DNA of 41,764 nucleotides, filler included, from Bonamia ostreae (Eukaryota): NCBI GenBank assembly GCA_040357525.1. It is 20 parts of 20 records of this genome, joined end to end, with 100 filler letters (N's around TTAATTAATTAA, not from the genome) between each part and the next. Parts side by side here need not be neighbours in the genome. Positions count along the whole stretch, not along the records: positions 20,924 to 41,764 come from JBDODL010000002.1; 19 more parts are not named here. One strand, 5' to 3'. Shown piece by piece: positions 37,061 to 41,764 of this stretch (position 1 is its first letter; each line of letters starts with the position of its first letter). The notes under the pieces were generated by a model. It saw only the letters and a program-made list of their open reading frames with translations, ran no database searches and was not told where the DNA came from. The position numbers and the translations under genes were made by a program.

Positions 37061-38737
37061 ATGTTATTTAAAGTTTTTTCTTATTTTTCTAAATTATTTA
37101 GTACAGCTCTCTATGGCCTCGGTGCATTGGGGGCTGGTATTTGGCTTTACTTTTTTATGGCTCATTTTGCTATAGTTACTCTTTTGAAAATTTTTTATTT
37201 TAGGATAAATTTAAAAAATATTTTTAAATATATTATGTTATATGCTAATAAGGCTTTTGCTTTAAAAGTTTTTTATTATTCTCTTATTTTTTTATTGATT
37301 TATATTAATATTAAAGAATTATCTTTATTATTTATAGACAATCCTCCTTTTATTCTTACTTTTATTACTATTTATTTATTAAGATATTCTTCTATAGATT
37401 CGGATAAGCTTATAAAGTATTTTATATATAGTACTTCAGTTTTTGTTATGCTTGCTCCATTTATTTTTCTTTTTCTTGGGAATGATTTTGTTCATGAGTG
37501 TGATTCTCGTTTTGATGGAGGCTCTAGTAATAATTGATGAATTTTTCTTTTTTTTAGTGACTTAACTCTTGCTATTTTTAATGCTTGTTTTGAAAAAGAA
37601 TTAATTACGGTTAGGTGTGCTTCTGAGCTTTTAAGAGAACATCTTATTAGAGGCAGATTTTCTGGAATTATTTTTAAATCCCTTCCTTGAGTACTTGCCA
37701 TTGGTCCAGATGTTCATTGAGCACTTTTTATCAAAGCAGGTCATTATGTTCCTTATAAAATTATTAATGATTTTAGTTATGCTAATTTTTTTATTCTTAT
37801 TACTTATTTTGAAGGCGTGAATCCTAATCAATTTAAATTAAATCTTTTACAAGAATTAGCTAATGAGTATTTATTAGAGCATCCGGAATTTAGTGATATT
37901 TTAACTCCTAAATTTTTAAGAAGTTATATGTACGGTCTTAATACTTCTTCAGATGTTGATAAAACTTTAAATTCTTTAAGAGATTTTTTTAAGTTTTTTG
38001 AAATGGATTATATAGAACGTTATAGAGCAAAGTGTATTGAATTAAATTGAAAGGCTGTTAGGACTTGTTACGGAACTGCTTTTGAACCTAATATTCTTAA
38101 TGAGTCTATGAAAGGGGAATATATAGGTAGAGGTTATTATTCTCCTGCTAAACCCTATTTTGAGAAAACTTTTTTTTCCCCTGAGGATACTCAGCACGCT
38201 CAGGGAATTATTAAAATAGCTAAGAAGTTACGTCCCGATATTAGTAATAATATAGAGCAGCTTGCTGTTTTAAGAATGTTTTTTCCAGAGCGTTGTGTAT
38301 TATCTAATGATAGAAAGGAATCTGTTGAACATTATGATCGTATAGCGTGAGATCCTAACTGACCCAAAATAGATCATTGAACTCCTAAGCAAATTAATGA
38401 TGGGTATGCTTTGAAATTTCCTTATATTACATATGCTAAAGAATTAATAGATTCTTATAATTTTAGAAGAGTGTTAAGTTATGATGAATTTAAAAAAAGA
38501 CTTAAGGAGGATATTATGAAAAATGGTAATTTACTTAGGGAGCGGGATGATCTTTTAGTAGAGGCTTATGAAAAATATTATAGGCAATTAAGGCGTTATC
38601 CTGAATTAAAAGAGGGTCAGGCGGTTGTTAAGGAACGATTTAGTCATACTAGTCCTTTTGACGAATCTTATGCTTCTGTAAATAATGACGCGTATACTTT
38701 TTTTGATTATTATAATAGTTTATCTGATAGTAATTAA
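37061..38737 (+). CDS. Orphan ORF558, copy 1
   Basis: The four track ORFs at 37061, 37817, 38108 and 38411 share one frame and are separated only by 8 TGA codons. Hydrophobic N-terminus, charged soluble C-terminus. Confidence 0.85.
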
Positions 38738-38743
38738 ATTTAT

Positions 38744-38795
38744 TATTTTTATTTCTTAATTATTTTTATTTCTTAATTATTTTTATTTCTTAATT
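38744..38795 (+). repeat. 17-bp tandem repeat TATTTTTATTTCTTAAT (3 copies; 2 in the second unit)
   Basis: Read directly from the sequence. Confidence 0.9.
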
Positions 38796-39409
38796 ATTTC
38801 TATTTTCTTGTCTAATAGTAGCATCTATTTCTTTTATTTGAAATAGTGGGTGGGTGGGCATATTTATCAATTTTTTTTTATTTTTTATAATTAGTTAGTT
38901 CAGGGCTGCTATGTTTAATCTATCTCTTAGTTTTACTTATATACTTTATTTTCTTAATTTTTTTGAAATAAATACTTTTATAAATTTTGTTTATATTTTT
39001 ATATTTATAAAAAATAATTTTTTATTATTTCTTTTTTTTTGAAATATGCTTCTTTTTTACGTTTATTTTAAGTTATTTTAATTTTTTTAAATTTTATTTC
39101 ATTATTAATTTAGTGCTTGTCTTTTTTAACATATATTGAATTAAATTTATTACTTTTTTAAATATAAATAATCTTCATTTTAAAGTTATAAATACTTTTT
39201 TTAAATATTTTTTTAAGTTCTTTTTTTTTAAAGTGATTAATAAAATTATAAGTAATTAAGTAAGGTGGTTACAACTATTTTTATATCTCTATACTTTAAT
39301 TTTTCTTAATAATAACAATTATTTCATTCTATTTGAAATAGTGGGGGTGTCTATATTTATCAATTTTTTTCCAATATTCTTATTATTTAATTATTGATTA
39401 TTTTCTTAA

Positions 39410-41086
39410 ATGTTATTTAAAGTTTTTTCTTATTTTTCTAAATTATTTAGTACAGCTCTCTATGGCCTCGGTGCATTGGGGGCTGGTATTTGGCTTTACT
39501 TTTTTATGGCTCATTTTGCTATAGTTACTCTTTTGAAAATTTTTTATTTTAGGATAAATTTAAAAAATATTTTTAAATATATTATGTTATATGCTAATAA
39601 GGCTTTTGCTTTAAAAGTTTTTTATTATTCTCTTATTTTTTTATTGATTTATATTAATATTAAAGAATTATCTTTATTATTTATAGACAATCCTCCTTTT
39701 ATTCTTACTTTTATTACTATTTATTTATTAAGATATTCTTCTATAGATTCGGATAAGCTTATAAAGTATTTTATATATAGTACTTCAGTTTTTGTTATGC
39801 TTGCTCCATTTATTTTTCTTTTTCTTGGGAATGATTTTGTTCATGAGTGTGATTCTCGTTTTGATGGAGGCTCTAGTAATAATTGATGAATTTTTCTTTT
39901 TTTTAGTGACTTAACTCTTGCTATTTTTAATGCTTGTTTTGAAAAAGAATTAATTACGGTTAGGTGTGCTTCTGAGCTTTTAAGAGAACATCTTATTAGA
40001 GGCAGATTTTCTGGAATTATTTTTAAATCCCTTCCTTGAGTACTTGCCATTGGTCCAGATGTTCATTGAGCACTTTTTATCAAAGCAGGTCATTATGTTC
40101 CTTATAAAATTATTAATGATTTTAGTTATGCTAATTTTTTTATTCTTATTACTTATTTTGAAGGCGTGAATCCTAATCAATTTAAATTAAATCTTTTACA
40201 AGAATTAGCTAATGAGTATTTATTAGAGCATCCGGAATTTAGTGATATTTTAACTCCTAAATTTTTAAGAAGTTATATGTACGGTCTTAATACTTCTTCA
40301 GATGTTGATAAAACTTTAAATTCTTTAAGAGATTTTTTTAAGTTTTTTGAAATGGATTATATAGAACGTTATAGAGCAAAGTGTATTGAATTAAATTGAA
40401 AGGCTGTTAGGACTTGTTACGGAACTGCTTTTGAACCTAATATTCTTAATGAGTCTATGAAAGGGGAATATATAGGTAGAGGTTATTATTCTCCTGCTAA
40501 ACCCTATTTTGAGAAAACTTTTTTTTCCCCTGAGGATACTCAGCACGCTCAGGGAATTATTAAAATAGCTAAGAAGTTACGTCCCGATATTAGTAATAAT
40601 ATAGAGCAGCTTGCTGTTTTAAGAATGTTTTTTCCAGAGCGTTGTGTATTATCTAATGATAGAAAGGAATCTGTTGAACATTATGATCGTATAGCGTGAG
40701 ATCCTAACTGACCCAAAATAGATCATTGAACTCCTAAGCAAATTAATGATGGGTATGCTTTGAAATTTCCTTATATTACATATGCTAAAGAATTAATAGA
40801 TTCTTATAATTTTAGAAGAGTGTTAAGTTATGATGAATTTAAAAAAAGACTTAAGGAGGATATTATGAAAAATGGTAATTTACTTAGGGAGCGGGATGAT
40901 CTTTTAGTAGAGGCTTATGAAAAATATTATAGGCAATTAAGGCGTTATCCTGAATTAAAAGAGGGTCAGGCGGTTGTTAAGGAACGATTTAGTCATACTA
41001 GTCCTTTTGACGAATCTTATGCTTCTGTAAATAATGACGCGTATACTTTTTTTGATTATTATAATAGTTTATCTGATAGTAATTAA
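39410..41086 (+). CDS. Orphan ORF558, copy 2
   Basis: Translations identical to copy 1; a third start is at 41742. Confidence 0.85.
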
Positions 41087-41764
41087 ATTTATTATTTTTA
41101 TTTCTTAATTATTTTTATTTCTTAATTATTTCTATTTTCTCGTCTAATAGTAGCATCTATTTCTTTTATTTGAAATAGTGGGTGGGTGGGCATATTTATC
41201 AATTTTTTTTTATTTTTTATAATTAGTTAGTTCAGGGCTGCTATGTTTAATCTATCTCTTAGTTTTACTTATATACTTTATTTTCTTAATTTTTTTGAAA
41301 TAAATACTTTTATAAATTTTGTTTATATTTTTATATTTATAAAAAATAATTTTTTATTATTTCTTTTTTTTTGAAATATGCTTCTTTTTTACGTTTATTT
41401 TAAGTTATTTTAATTTTTTTAAATTTTATTTCATTATTAATTTAGTGCTTGTCTTTTTTAACATATATTGAATTAAATTTATTACTTTTTTAAATATAAA
41501 TAATCTTCATTTTAAAGTTATAAATACTTTTTTTAAATATTTTTTTAAGTTCTTTTTTTTTAAAGTGATTAATAAAATTATAAGTAATTAAGTAAGGTGG
41601 TTACAACTATTTTTATATCTCTATACTTTAATTTTTCTTAATAATAACAATTATTTCATTCTATTTGAAATAGTGGGGGTGTCTATATTTATCAATTTTT
41701 TTCCAATATTCTTATTATTTAATTATTGATTATTTTCTTAAATGTTATTTAAAGTTTTTTCTTA

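Larger units (their letters stand above)
20924..41764 (+). other. Divergent protist mitochondrial genome, UGA=Trp (table 4-like), all genes on + strand
   Basis: Bacterial-type rRNAs, cox1/cob/atp genes, and TGA at conserved Trp positions. Confidence 0.97.
37030..41764 (+). repeat. Tandem array of an approx. 2.35-kb unit (37030-39378, 39379-41710, partial third from 41711)
   Basis: Near-identical copies offset by 2349 then 2332 nt. They differ by one 17-nt unit and a T/C change. Confidence 0.97.

Noticed and set aside
37492-37831. Minus-strand ORFs inside ORF558 (and their copies at 39841-40180)
   Set aside because: Antisense shadows; all recognisable genes are on the + strand.

Overview
This window is not contiguous DNA. 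It holds 19 size-sorted contigs of about 1 kb joined by artificial 100-nt N/TTAATTAATTAA linkers (1-20923), then one 20.8-kb contig (20924-41764). The short contigs look like two eukaryotes: mostly non-coding animal-type DNA (oyster-like repeats, a type-I membrane protein gene) and a compact AT-rich protist (INO80, TOP3B, some introns of only 19-21 nt). The long contig is an apparently complete, highly divergent protist mitochondrial genome with UGA=Trp and all genes on the + strand. It carries rns, a single tRNA (Trp, UCA), rnl, atp9, atp6, cob, cox1, rps3, a possible rps4 and several orphan ORFs, with no recognisable complex I genes. Several respiratory genes appear fragmented. atp1 lacks its N-terminal barrel, and two separate barrel-like ORFs lie elsewhere. 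cox3 helix 7 is a separate mini-ORF overlapping the end of cox1. cox2 lacks the CuA domain. cob has PSWY in place of PEWY. The contig ends in a 2.35-kb tandem repeat carrying a 558-codon orphan ORF. A bivalve-parasitic rhizarian (haplosporidian such as Bonamia) is a plausible source, but that is inference. All homologies were assigned by eye from motifs.
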